The notes beneath the pieces were generated by a model. That model ran no database searches and was not told where the DNA came from. It saw nothing but the letters and a program-made list of their open reading frames with translations. From Trichomonas gallinae (lineage: Eukaryota): a stretch of DNA of 35,952 bases. The stretch's first letter is position 1, and each line of letters starts with the position of its first letter. This document shows positions 1 through 10,560 of the stretch, piece by piece. Both the position numbers and the translations under genes were made by a program. The DNA is taken from positions 1 to 35,952 of the forward strand of contig MRSU01001725.1 of the NCBI GenBank assembly GCA_008369845.1, written 5' to 3'.

Positions 1-2
1 TC

Positions 3-746
3 TTCACAGAGGTGATGACTGGTGGAAACTTTGAGGAAATTCAAACTAACAAATCATTCTACAGATTAACAGATGCAACAATGGCTCTTTTACAAGATAC
101 AGGAAACTATCGTTGTGATTATAAAATGGTACAGCCACTAATATGGGGCAATAAGGATTCAATTGACGGAAAATTCATCAAAGATTTTGCCATTGGTCCT
201 CCACAAGAAGTATTTCCAGAATATTATACAACTGATGGTAAACTGTATGCTCCAGGAACTCTATTTGACTACAAACATTATGGAAAATATTCATTGAAAA
301 AATTTAACTGCCAAGGTGGAGATAGTGAAACTCAGTATTGCAAATCTAAAGAATTTTATAATCCTAAAAATTTCGATGAAATGTATGAAGATCAAAATCC
401 AGATTACATGTCATATCCTATACCAGTTGATTCCTGCGGCGTTGGCACTGCGATGATTCCCAGCACACTAAAAAGTGGTACACTACAAAAATGCGGAGAA
501 TACAATTGTAAATCCGATTACAGCAGCTTCACTTTCAACCTCTATTCTAACTCAACACACTATAAACAAATCACATGCAATAAATCTACAGCTGGATATT
601 CGAATAAGTTCAAATACGACTGGCATAGAACACAAGATACTGTTGAACCAAGATACGTTTGGTGTCCAGATCCTGAACGTTTCTGCAGAACTGTTAAATT
701 ATACGAATCTCATTTCACATCTAACCCTTATGCGAAATATTTTTAG
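3..746 (+). CDS. GP63-like (leishmanolysin, peptidase M8) metalloprotease, 5'-partial
   Basis: The frame is open from the window edge (FTEVMTG). It has the Met-turn EVMTG and the M8 segment LTDATMALLQDTGNY..DY..VQPLIWG, followed by a Cys-rich C-terminal region. HEXXH lies outside the window. Confidence 0.8.
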   Translation, partial: FTEVMTGGNFEEIQTNKSFYRLTDATMALLQDTGNYRCDYKMVQPLIWGNKDSIDGKFIKDFAIGPPQEVFPEYYTTDGKLYAPGTLFDYKHYGKYSLKKFNCQGGDSETQYCKSKEFYNPKNFDEMYEDQNPDYMSYPIPVDSCGVGTAMIPSTLKSGTLQKCGEYNCKSDYSSFTFNLYSNSTHYKQITCNKSTAGYSNKFKYDWHRTQDTVEPRYVWCPDPERFCRTVKLYESHFTSNPYAKYF

Positions 747-840
747 TGTAAAATAAACATTTTTTTGTTTAACGAATTGGCGTAATTTATATAATAGCAT
801 TCAACAATAAATCAAATTATTTCGTGAATGAAATTATATC

Positions 841-860
841 TTTTTTTTTTTTTTTTTTTT
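841..860. repeat. T20 homopolymer
   Basis: 20 consecutive T. Confidence 0.95.
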
Positions 861-1448
861 GGACATTTGAGATTAATACTATCATGATATAAGTATTTTA
901 TTGATAAAATAATGAACTTATTCCATATAATTAATTCTCTCAATTTGATATATGACTTTCTTAACTGCCCAGATAACAGTAGTTGATGTAATTCAAGCTA
1001 CAGTTGGCTGGGAAGTCTAGAAAAGTGGATATAACGTAATATTTAGGAAATTTTTAAATTCTTGCTAATATTTACTGGAACTACAAGCTAAGAGCATAAA
1101 AATTGTATTTTAGTCGGTTGTAACAGCAAATACAGAAGAGAAAAGAAATGTCGAATATATTGTGGAGTAATAATGATTTTTTGCCGCAAATTACCAATAT
1201 ATTGTTCCAATAAAGCAAAATATGATGTATTTTAGCGCTAAATTATGAAATTTGCATTTGAAAGAAAAAAGCTATGATGTGTACAGTGTATTTATGTTCA
1301 TCATCCACTCCAGTAGCATTAAACCAATAAGTTTAGGTCATTCTCGAATGGAAAATCTTGAAGCAGTAAAAGAAAAATTAAAATATTATATATACCCCCT
1401 GCATAATAAAATTAGTCCCTAATGAATAAAATTGACGCTATAATTTAA

Positions 1449-3971
1449 ATGACGAATTATAATATGAGCGAGTTCTGCACACTGGAAAACATCGATAATC
1501 TGTGCAAGGACATCTCTTCTTGGTATGATCTCTATTATATGAAAGAAAAGATCTGGGACTACAGGATTCAGGAAGAATTTGCACCAAATTTCGATAAATA
1601 CGCTGGTGGAACTAAAGGTCGACTTATATCTTACTACCCGTTCGGAAGATTCGGAGGAAGAAACAGAAAGATCTCTCTTTTCGATCATCGATTTATTCCA
1701 GCTTATAATATTGAACTTACCGGCGATATTAAAAACGCATACGTATACGTAGCGACAGATGATCGCGTTATTGCCATTACTGTTTATGAAAGTGAAGTTT
1801 ATTGTGAAACTTTTATTAAAAAACGAAAATGTTCATCAGTTCTCTTGAAAGATCTCGCTGCTGACTCGATAATTGATGTCAGTTTCTGGGACACCGGATG
1901 CCTCATATTAACTAATGGCGATGCAAATGATACAAAGAATATTTTTTATTTAGCCAATTTCAAAACACTTAAATTCTACGCAAACTTAAGATCTGAAGCA
2001 ATACACATCCTCACTATCCCGCCAAACTATACGAGTGATGGAAGCCCAATTTTTTACGCGTGGGGATTAGCTGAGAAAATTATTATTGGAAATTCATCAA
2101 GTGTCACTGAAATTCCGTTACCATCAACTGTTACTCAGTTCTGTATTAGCCATAATTATGAGAATGCGGCTCTTCTTCTAGGAAATGGAAAATTAATTAT
2201 GCTTAGAAGCAATTTCCAAGAAATATTGAACGAAGATAGTGATAATGATATCGGAACAAATGAGATTGTTTATGGAATGACATTCTGCGGTGACTTAGTT
2301 TTGATATCAAAAAATGAAAACGTTGAAATGTGGTCTTATAAAGGCTGGGTTGATAATATTGAAGCATATAGAATCCCACTGGTCTTCGCAGATGATACAA
2401 ACGCATTAATTTTCGATTCTGAAAAATTAACAAGATTAACATTGGTTTCTGAAGATTTATACCGAACAGTACAAAAATATCCTGCAGATATATCCTATAA
2501 TTTGCTCAAAGCTTTCATCGAACAAAGAGGAAGAGTCATTGATTCAATGCAAGTCAGTGGCACTTTAGAGCCAGCAATCCAGCGCTTAATTGAAGCTACT
2601 TATAGCACATCAGATGCCAGAATCCAGAAAACACTTGTTTCTGCAGCAAGCTATGGATTGTCCTTTATCAATAACAGGTCATCAGATCAATTGAGCAACT
2701 GCATCAAGAACCTTCGCATCGCTAATGCCCTGAAAAGCATGTTAAACATCATCATGCCTGCAAATGACTTGAATATTCTTCCACTTCAAACTGCGCCGAT
2801 GAAATTTGCTTATCTAGAGAAGTTTGACATAGCTATTGAAGTTGCCAATTATCTTATGACTGAAATTCCAAGCATTATGACTGAATGGTGTGCTTCAGTC
2901 ATGGAAAAATTCCCAAATACAGAAGATGCGATGAAATTGATCGAAAAGCGCAAAGATGAATCGTTGTTTAATGCTGCAGACATCGCCAAATGTGCAAAGC
3001 AGCTCGGAAGGCATGAATTAAGCTTGAAATTAGCTTTAATGGAAACAAATCAACTTCGCTTAGTTGACTTTTACATCCAAAACAATGATATTCATGCAGC
3101 ACTGACAACAGCTCTCGCCAGCCATGACACACTAAAGTTCATGAAAGTCTTAGAATTAGCTCAAACAGACAAAAACATTGCAAAAGAATTTGCAAGCGAA
3201 GATTATCCTAATATAGCCTTCATTGTTCAATTCGCCAAGAAGAATCCTGACGCAATAACGTTCTTCCAGAACCTCGCCGAATGCTCCAAAGATACAAGTT
3301 TACCAGGCTTCACAGACGCGAGCCTTAAAAGCGTCTACCAGAAGATATTCGATGACAACCCTGTCGCACTGAGAAAATTAGCCATGAACATGACCCTTAA
3401 AGTGAAGAATATGGAAGGTTTGGAAGCAGAACTTGCGAGGTTCAGCCAAAAAGCGAAGGATAAAGAGAGCAAAACAGCTTTAATTGAATCAGCAAGTCAG
3501 ATGCTTGAAAATGCCGTCAAACATAAGACTGCTGCCGAAGGAGCTGTCAATGACTACGGCGGTGACCTAAAGGACATGCCACTCAACAAAGTCATCAAGG
3601 CTTTGGTGGACCAGCATGGAGTTAAAGTTGCCTATGATTTCGCAACTAAAAAAGTCAAACTGGAGAATCACATGTTTACTAAATCTGCCATTGACGAGAA
3701 AGTCGCTCAAGCAATTATCGTTAGATCTGTCTTCGAGTTGAACAAGCTGAGCCTTTTGCCTGAATTGGCGAGAGTTTGTCCTGATCAGAGAAATCTTGTT
3801 GTCGCAAATCTCAGAATCCGCAAACAAGAGAATAGCATTGAATCATATATAAATTCTCTTCAAAATGAAAATCAGAAGAAGGAGCTTCGCGACATGATAC
3901 AAGACGAAACAAAATTCAGCAGAGCTTTCCTCGGCGAAAAACAGATATCATCGAAGATATTGTTGAAGTGA
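1449..3971 (+). CDS. VPS16: Vps16-like HOPS/CORVET subunit (alternative start ATG 1464)
   Basis: 840 aa with a beta-rich N-half and a helical C-half. Vps16-like segments: QKTLVSAASYG..F, CIKNLRIANAL, AIEVANYL..IMTEWCA, ADIAKCAKQLGRHELSLKL. Confidence 0.75.
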   Translation: MTNYNMSEFCTLENIDNLCKDISSWYDLYYMKEKIWDYRIQEEFAPNFDKYAGGTKGRLISYYPFGRFGGRNRKISLFDHRFIPAYNIELTGDIKNAYVYVATDDRVIAITVYESEVYCETFIKKRKCSSVLLKDLAADSIIDVSFWDTGCLILTNGDANDTKNIFYLANFKTLKFYANLRSEAIHILTIPPNYTSDGSPIFYAWGLAEKIIIGNSSSVTEIPLPSTVTQFCISHNYENAALLLGNGKLIMLRSNFQEILNEDSDNDIGTNEIVYGMTFCGDLVLISKNENVEMWSYKGWVDNIEAYRIPLVFADDTNALIFDSEKLTRLTLVSEDLYRTVQKYPADISYNLLKAFIEQRGRVIDSMQVSGTLEPAIQRLIEATYSTSDARIQKTLVSAASYGLSFINNRSSDQLSNCIKNLRIANALKSMLNIIMPANDLNILPLQTAPMKFAYLEKFDIAIEVANYLMTEIPSIMTEWCASVMEKFPNTEDAMKLIEKRKDESLFNAADIAKCAKQLGRHELSLKLALMETNQLRLVDFYIQNNDIHAALTTALASHDTLKFMKVLELAQTDKNIAKEFASEDYPNIAFIVQFAKKNPDAITFFQNLAECSKDTSLPGFTDASLKSVYQKIFDDNPVALRKLAMNMTLKVKNMEGLEAELARFSQKAKDKESKTALIESASQMLENAVKHKTAAEGAVNDYGGDLKDMPLNKVIKALVDQHGVKVAYDFATKKVKLENHMFTKSAIDEKVAQAIIVRSVFELNKLSLLPELARVCPDQRNLVVANLRIRKQENSIESYINSLQNENQKKELRDMIQDETKFSRAFLGEKQISSKILLK

Positions 3972-4221
3972 TGAATCTCTTTATTTATAAATGTTTATTT
4001 ATGATTTTTAATGATTATTATTTAATAAATGCATGAAAAATATGGAAAATAAAAATTAAGAATTTAAAAATGGCATCAATGAATCAATAACTTTTCATTT
4101 ATATAAACTTAAATTAGAAAATGAATGATTTTTTGTTTAATTATGATTTGAATTTTGTAATCCAGAGTCTCATATCTTCAGTTGAGTTGATGGATCTATT
4201 AAATTCAAAACTTATAAATCC

Positions 4222-4259
4222 ATGATAATACATATCAAAAATGATAATACATATCAAAA
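4222..4259. repeat. 19-bp perfect tandem duplication
   Basis: ATGATAATACATATCAAAA x2 (4222-4240, 4241-4259). Confidence 0.9.
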
Positions 4260-4915
4260 ATATGTTAGAATTATTAAAAAAAAATAGATATGTATCGCAT
4301 GCAATTTATTCATACATGTACCTTGTAGATGCTATGTCTCTGCATGTGAAGCTCTGGTATTAATCATAATGGTTTAAATTTAATCTCATTTCAGTAATAT
4401 TAAGTAATATTGTAGAAATGACTATATAAATGGTAATTTTATGTTCTAAATTGCAAAATATTCAATCTCTGAGTTTATTGTAAAATTCAATGTTTTACAA
4501 TTATTTACCCGATTTAAGAAAATCAATGATTATAATGGAAAATGATAGTCCTATCATTTTTTTCAACTGATTCTAGAAAAGATGAATGTATTCAAAAAAT
4601 AAAATTAGAAAACATTCAAAGTCGTCATGGCTTGAATTACTCTCATTAAAAGACGATGGACTGATTTACCAAATTAAATTAGTATTATAAACGATCTAAT
4701 TACTTATCAAAATTGTGAGTCGACTCAAATAATTCGATAACTTCTGAAAAATTAAATTATAAGAGAAAAAAGAAATATTTCTGAATTTCCGAACAATTGT
4801 AAACTTAGCAAAACGATGAAATATAATAATATGCACAGAAAAGAACAATACAAACACAATGGTTGCCAATTTCATTAATTGAGGAGGTAAAAAATTAAAT
4901 TAGTATCTGGTTAGT

Positions 4916-4926
4916 TCATTTTTCAT
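4916..4926 (+). promoter_or_regulatory. Initiator (Inr) element(s) of the ADH gene
   Basis: TCATTTTTCAT directly before ATG 4927 matches the trichomonad TCAYW Inr. Confidence 0.6.
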
Positions 4927-6111
4927 ATGAAGTGGCTCTGGACTAACACCACACAAGTCGGATTCGGCGAAAACGCTGTCGCAGATCATCTCGCAAAGTT
5001 CGTCGCGCCAAAATCTAAAGTTCTCGTGACATTTGGTGGCGGATCAATCGATAAGAACGGTGCACGCGACGATGTTACGAACGCACTCGCAGCATTAGAG
5101 TGCGATGTCAGATGGGAAGGTGGAATCCCTCCAAACCCAGAATACACGAGATGCCTCGAGATCATCAAAGTCGTCCGCGAGTGGAAGCCAGATCTCCTCT
5201 TGGCGATTGGCGGAGGATCAATTTTGGATGCGACAAAGTTCATCTCAGCAGCATCTGCTCTCGATCCATCAATCGAGCCTTGGGACATTCTCGCGAAGAA
5301 GATATATCCGAAGAAGATCACTCCTGTCGGATCAGTGATGACACTCCCAGCAACAGGATCAGAATGGAACTCGAATTTCGTCGTCTCGCGCAGAGAGACA
5401 AACGAAAAATTGCCAGGCGCAAACCCTGTCTTGTACCCGAAATTCTCTCTCTTGGATCCAAAGTACACAATGACACTCCCAATTAGACAGCTCAAAAATG
5501 GTCTCTTCGACGCGATGTGCCATGTAATCGACCAGTTCCTCACAGGAGACAACATTCCGATGATGGACAATTTCTACATGTCAGTCATGCGCGAACTTGT
5601 TGACATCTCAGGAGAGCTTCTCAAGGAGGGATCATCGCTCGAAGTCCATGGAAGACTGATAATGGCTGCATCTTTCGCACTCAACGACATATTCGCCCTT
5701 GGAAGAGAGTGCTGCTTCGGAATCCATACAGTCAGCCACACGCTCACAGCTGAGTACGGAATTGACCACGGAGCAACACTTGCAATGGTAACACCACACT
5801 GGCTCAGGGCATTCTTCGAGGACAGGAAGTACCTCATGGCAAGATCAGCTGAAAGAGTTTTCGAAATCCACAGTGGAACAGATGACAAGAAGGCAAACGC
5901 TTTCATCGATCACCTCCAGAAATGGATCATCTAGATCGGACACGTCAAGACAGTCAGCGAGTACGACAGGCTTACGCACATGGTCCAGTCAGGCGATGTC
6001 GACAAAGTCACTCAGATGGTCATGAAGGCAGCAGGCGCAAAGACATTCGGATGGCACAATCGCGCAAACGAACAAATTGTTCACGAAATCCTCTCTAAAG
6101 TCATGGTCTAA
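4927..6111 (+). pseudogene. Iron-containing (YqhD/butanol dehydrogenase-like) alcohol dehydrogenase with one in-frame TAG at 5932-5934
   Basis: Motifs GGGSIDKNG, GGIPPNP, AIGGGSILDATK, TLPATGSEWN, and metal ligands DAMCH, HTVSH and IDHG. After the TAG the same frame continues 58 codons (IGHVKTVSEY...EILSKVMV) in the same codon style to TAA 6109-6111, giving 394 codons. Confidence 0.85.
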
Positions 6112-6699
6112 AATTAAAACCATTTTCACAAATGTATTATATTCAAAGACTATGCATGGATTTTTAGTCTTTAATCTGTTTATTTAAATAGTATTATCAT
6201 GAGAGATGTGTTCAGATCATTGCAGCCAAATATATATTTGTTTTTCATATTTCCAAATGATTACTTATTAGAGAATTAGAAAAAAAATTATTGTGATTTT
6301 GTCATGTAAAGTGTCAAAAATTGTTTACAAAACTAACCAAAAAAAGATCTGTAACAAAAGTGACAAATTGATATCGTTTGAATGTCAAAAAAAAATGAAA
6401 TTGACCATTGGTTTTGACATTTCGCCTGTAAGTTTTCCTTCATAAACAAATGACAATCACAATAGTTAGAATGTGAAAGAAATGATTTTATTAAAATTCT
6501 ATAATAATTTTACGGTTAATCATTGAGAGTAATGATGTCTGTAGTTTGTAATGATTTGGTGATTTAATGTTTTCGACTTTTAAATGAAATTGAAAGAAAA
6601 TTGCTTAATATTTGAGAAAAGAACTTTAAGCCCATATTTACAAAGTGTCAACAATATAGTATATATATGTTGTATTATAAGAATACAAGGGAAACAGGG

Positions 6700-7305
6700 C
6701 TAATTGCAGCAACCTCCCTTCTGTTGTTCTTTCTGTTCCTTAAGAACAACACCAGAACCATTCTTACCCTGTGGAGCTGACTCGCCAGCCTGATCCTTCA
6801 TGAGTTTTCCGACAGCCATCTGGAACATGCGGTCGATACCGGAACCCGTAGCAGCACTTGTTGCAGCGTAAAGAGCACCATGTGACTCAGCGAATTCCTG
6901 TGCTGTAGCTTCAACAACAGCGCGCTGGTCTTCGAGGTCAACCTTATTAGCGCAAACGACTATGATAGTTCGGCTGTCGGCATTGGCCTTAAGTTCGTTG
7001 ATCCAATAAGCTACTGAATCGTATGACTGCGTGCGTGTGATATCGAAAACAACGATTGCAATCAAAGCGCTGCGATAGTACATTGGAGCAAGTCCACGAT
7101 AAACTTCCTGGCCAGCTGTATCCCAGATGAGGAGTTCTACTGGTTGGCCATCGACAACAATGCTTTTCGTTACGAATGCAGCGCCAATTGTTGGTTTAAC
7201 ACTCTGTGGTGCCTTACCAGAAATATATTGTGTAGCAATTGATGTTTTTCCAACACCACTGTCACCGAGTAGGACAAGTTTAACAGATGTTGCTGAGGTA
7301 GACAT
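6700..7305 (-). CDS. Rab GTPase, Rab5/21/22-like
   Basis: GDSGVGKTS, PTIGAAF, WDTAGQE, LAPMYYR, NKVD, TSA and a C-terminal CCN prenylation motif. Confidence 0.92.
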   Translation of the reverse strand: MSTSATSVKLVLLGDSGVGKTSIATQYISGKAPQSVKPTIGAAFVTKSIVVDGQPVELLIWDTAGQEVYRGLAPMYYRSALIAIVVFDITRTQSYDSVAYWINELKANADSRTIIVVCANKVDLEDQRAVVEATAQEFAESHGALYAATSAATGSGIDRMFQMAVGKLMKDQAGESAPQGKNGSGVVLKEQKEQQKGGCCN

Positions 7306-7326
7306 TTTTTTGAAAAAATTGACACA

Positions 7327-7334
7327 TAACCGTC
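7327..7334 (-). promoter_or_regulatory. M3-like (Myb-recognition) core promoter motif upstream of the Rab
   Basis: GACGGTTA on the minus strand, about 20 bp above the ATG. It matches the T. vaginalis M3 consensus as I recall it (DRCSGYTD) and overlaps the palindrome AACCG-T-CGGTT. Confidence 0.45.
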
Positions 7335-7790
7335 GGTTGACACCTTTATCGTTTTCACAGTTTTACCAAAGAAATATGATTATCTTCTAAAATACAGGCT
7401 ATATTTTAAATTTCGTGAGTTTTTCGTTTGATTTCATTCGAAATTTCTATACAAATAATTCAAAAAAATTATCATAAAAATATGATTTTTCTCTATAAAT
7501 CTTGATTACATCTTTAAAATAATTTATAAAATGATATTATTTTAAATCTACATTTGGTATATATTCATAAAATCCAATAATTTTAATTTTGATCTGATTT
7601 CAAAGAAAATGAATCAAAATAATAGCTAATTGTTATAAATATATGATTTAATGGTTATAAATATTATAGGTAAATAAAAGAGAGCCAATAAGATGAATAG
7701 GATAACGAGATATTGAGGTTAACCTTATTTACTCCTTTAATATTTTTCCAGACCCTTAATAAGAGGCAAAATTTTTCTTTGAATCAAAAA

Positions 7791-9122
7791 ATGGATATAG
7801 ATCGAAATATACGGCTTCTCGAGAGCGGTGAACTTCTCACGGAAAAGGAATTTTCTACGTTTGAGAAAATCAAAGCTGCTGGAGCTTGCTTTGATCCTCA
7901 AGTTATTTCAAGAGTTGCTGGTGGATGGGTCAGAGACAAACTTTTAGGCAAACAATCTGATGATATCGACATATGCATTGATGGATGCACTGCTGATGAC
8001 TTTGGATTAAAGTTATCTCAACAATTTCCAGAAAACACAACAAAAATCATCATTTTACAGGACAATCCTAAGCAATCAAAGTTCATGAAGACCGTCAGAG
8101 TCTGCATTTTCGGTGATACTTGGATTGATATCTGCAATTTAAGAGGTGAGGGAGATGTAACCACGCCATTAACTGATGCTTTGCATCGTGACTTCTCTAT
8201 TAACGCTTTATTTTACAATATAACATATTCAAAGGTTGAAGATTTCGTTGGCGGAATTCCAGATTTAAAGAATCAAGTAATTAGGACACCAAACGATCCA
8301 AATCTTACGTTTGCTGAAGATTCACTTCGAATCATTCGCGCTGCACGCTTCCATGCTCGTCTAGGTTATCGCTATCACGAAAGCATATTCGAAGCAGCAA
8401 AATCTCATTTAGCAGACTTTGAAGAAAAGATCACAAAAGAAAGAGTTGTTACAGAGCTTACTAAAGTCATAGAATTGAACGGATTAATTGACTTTCTAGA
8501 TTTTATTATTAACATTGGTTTCTTTGAAGCAGTTTTCGACCCATATCACATATTTTCGATCGATCCACTACAAGCTAAAGAGCGTCTCCTTAAAGTTTTA
8601 TCAAGATCTCCACCAGACTTAATTTGTCCTCTCGCACTTGGCGCAATCTTCATGCCAATACATAATACAGATCGCAGACCAGATCCAGAGCATCCGAAAC
8701 ATCTTTGCGACCCAGTTGAATGGGCAATTTGCAGAGCAATGAGAATGCCCGTTAAATCAGCTGAAAATGCTAATATTCTCGTTCAAGGTGCAATAACAGC
8801 AAATAGTGTAAACCTTACTCGTAAAGAAGCTGGTCATTGGGTAAGAAAAATTGGAGAAATTTGGCCATTAGCGAAATATCTCATTTTAGATGATGCAGAG
8901 TTCAAGAAATGCGAAGAAAACTTGTTTAAATTCATTGAAAAAGAGAATTTATCAAAATGTTATGATATGAAATGTTTAATTAATGGAAAAGACCTAGCAA
9001 AACTGCTTGGAATCAAACCAGGAAGAGGTTTTCAGAAATATGTCGATGAGTTAATTGACTGGCAGCTTGATCACCCAACAGCAACAAAAGAAGATTACGA
9101 GGAATATATTAGAAACAAATAA
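7791..9122 (+). CDS. Class II tRNA nucleotidyltransferase (CCA/poly(A) polymerase family), possibly CC-adding
   Basis: Motif A RVAGGWVRDKLLG..SDDIDI, motif B DALHRDFSINALFYN, motif C VEDFVGGIPDL, motif D EDSLRIIRAARF, motif E ITKERV..EL. First ATG is 7791; the track's TTG 7713 extension looks like UTR. Confidence 0.9.
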   Translation: MDIDRNIRLLESGELLTEKEFSTFEKIKAAGACFDPQVISRVAGGWVRDKLLGKQSDDIDICIDGCTADDFGLKLSQQFPENTTKIIILQDNPKQSKFMKTVRVCIFGDTWIDICNLRGEGDVTTPLTDALHRDFSINALFYNITYSKVEDFVGGIPDLKNQVIRTPNDPNLTFAEDSLRIIRAARFHARLGYRYHESIFEAAKSHLADFEEKITKERVVTELTKVIELNGLIDFLDFIINIGFFEAVFDPYHIFSIDPLQAKERLLKVLSRSPPDLICPLALGAIFMPIHNTDRRPDPEHPKHLCDPVEWAICRAMRMPVKSAENANILVQGAITANSVNLTRKEAGHWVRKIGEIWPLAKYLILDDAEFKKCEENLFKFIEKENLSKCYDMKCLINGKDLAKLLGIKPGRGFQKYVDELIDWQLDHPTATKEDYEEYIRNK

Positions 9123-9381
9123 AAAATGTATGTATACTTTTTAATCACATACGCACATCTATTGCTAATAATATTATTCAAGATTTAACTTAATATTTAA
9201 TCGAATATTTCTCATTTAATTTACAAACATTGAAATCAATCAAAATAGTTTAAAAATATATTTAGTTCAAGCTATAATAAAAAATGACAATAGTGATATT
9301 ATAAAATTCATAAATTATAATTTTTTTTTTGCAAATTTGTGTGTGAATTCAAAATTTAAATACATTTACATTTGAACCAAA

Positions 9382-10560
9382 ATGAAGATAGATAACTTGG
9401 CATGCTTCGAACATACTCAAATTAAGTCATGCATTGCCCCAAAGAGTGTAAAGCTTAATAAAAATAGCTGTTTCTCGAGATGCTATTATTTGACAAGTCT
9501 AACTTTCGAAAGAGGTCAAAATTGATTTGTGTTGAAAATTCAGCATTCGGATACAGCAATAATCTTCCTTCAATTGTCATCCCAGAAGGCTGCAAATAGC
9601 TCCAAAATAGTATTTTCTCATATGTCAAAGTAAAATCAATTTCATTACCAGCATCATTGGAAAAAAATGATTACAATTACTTTTTCAAGTGCCACAGAAA
9701 TAACGCAAATATCATTAGATGAAAACAACCAAAATTTCACATTAACAGACGATGTTTTGCTGACAACAGCTGATGGATCATCAACAATTTACATTGTCAC
9801 ATCTATAACTTCACTAGCAGTTTCTGCACCAATGAAAACAATCGGTATTTCTGTATTACAAGGGTGTTAAAATTTGACGAGTATAACTGTTCAACCAGGA
9901 AATCCGAGCTACTACGCAGAAAATGGAGTTCTCTATGAAGAAAACAAGAGATGTCGTAGGCGTTGATGGAATTGTCACAGCAAACATTTCAGATACTGTT
10001 ACATACATTGGAGAAAATTGCTTCGAGTACTACTCAAAATTGACAACTGTTAAATTCGGCTCCAAAGTTGTAACATTAAATGGAAATTGTTTCCATGCCT
10101 GCTCGAAAAGTATTGAACTTACAGCAACAGTATAAACTATTGGAAGCAGCGCATTCTTTCATTGCACAAGTTTAACATCAATTAATTTGCTCGGTGACGC
10201 ATTAGAAGATGTTGGTTATTATTCTTTAAATTTTGACAGTATTGACTCAATCACAACTGTCAATGATTTTGCATTCTCAAACATCAATTCTTTAAATCTT
10301 CATAATTTAGTCACCATTGGTAGTTTTGCATTCTACAATACAGAACATCTTCCAAAAACATTAAAGTCAATTGGAAGCAAAGCATTCATTAATACAGATT
10401 TATTGTGTATACGGATCAAATGATCTCTCAAAGCAGCAAATTGCTGTCAACGCAGAAACAATAGTTAAAGTCACACAAAGCTATTTGATGCCAACATTAT
10501 GTGTCACATTCTGACTCATGCGAATCTCTTTTCCATACAGGAATGAATGATTATACAGTA
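9382..10560 (+). pseudogene. Degenerate BspA-like (TpLRR) leucine-rich repeat gene
   Basis: TpLRR fragments in several frames: SCFSRCYYLTSLTFE, ENSAFGYSNNLPSIVIPEG, ISDTVTYIGENCFEYYSKLTTVKFG, LPKTLKSIGSKAF. Broken by stops (TAG 9597, TAA 9868, TAA 10133) and frameshifts. Boundaries approximate. Confidence 0.8.

Noticed and set aside
831..870. T20 as the poly(A) tail of a retroposed element
   Set aside because: I found no matching target duplication or recognisable element body.
4986..5906. Long antisense and alternate-frame ORFs over ADH (also over GH2, the TPSS repeat and Myb)
   Set aside because: They are shadows of codon bias or repeats and show no protein motifs.
5932..6702. Stop-codon reassignment (TAG or TGA read as sense)
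   Set aside because: TAG terminates the Rab right after its CCN prenylation motif and TGA terminates VPS16. The long intact genes contain no in-frame stops.
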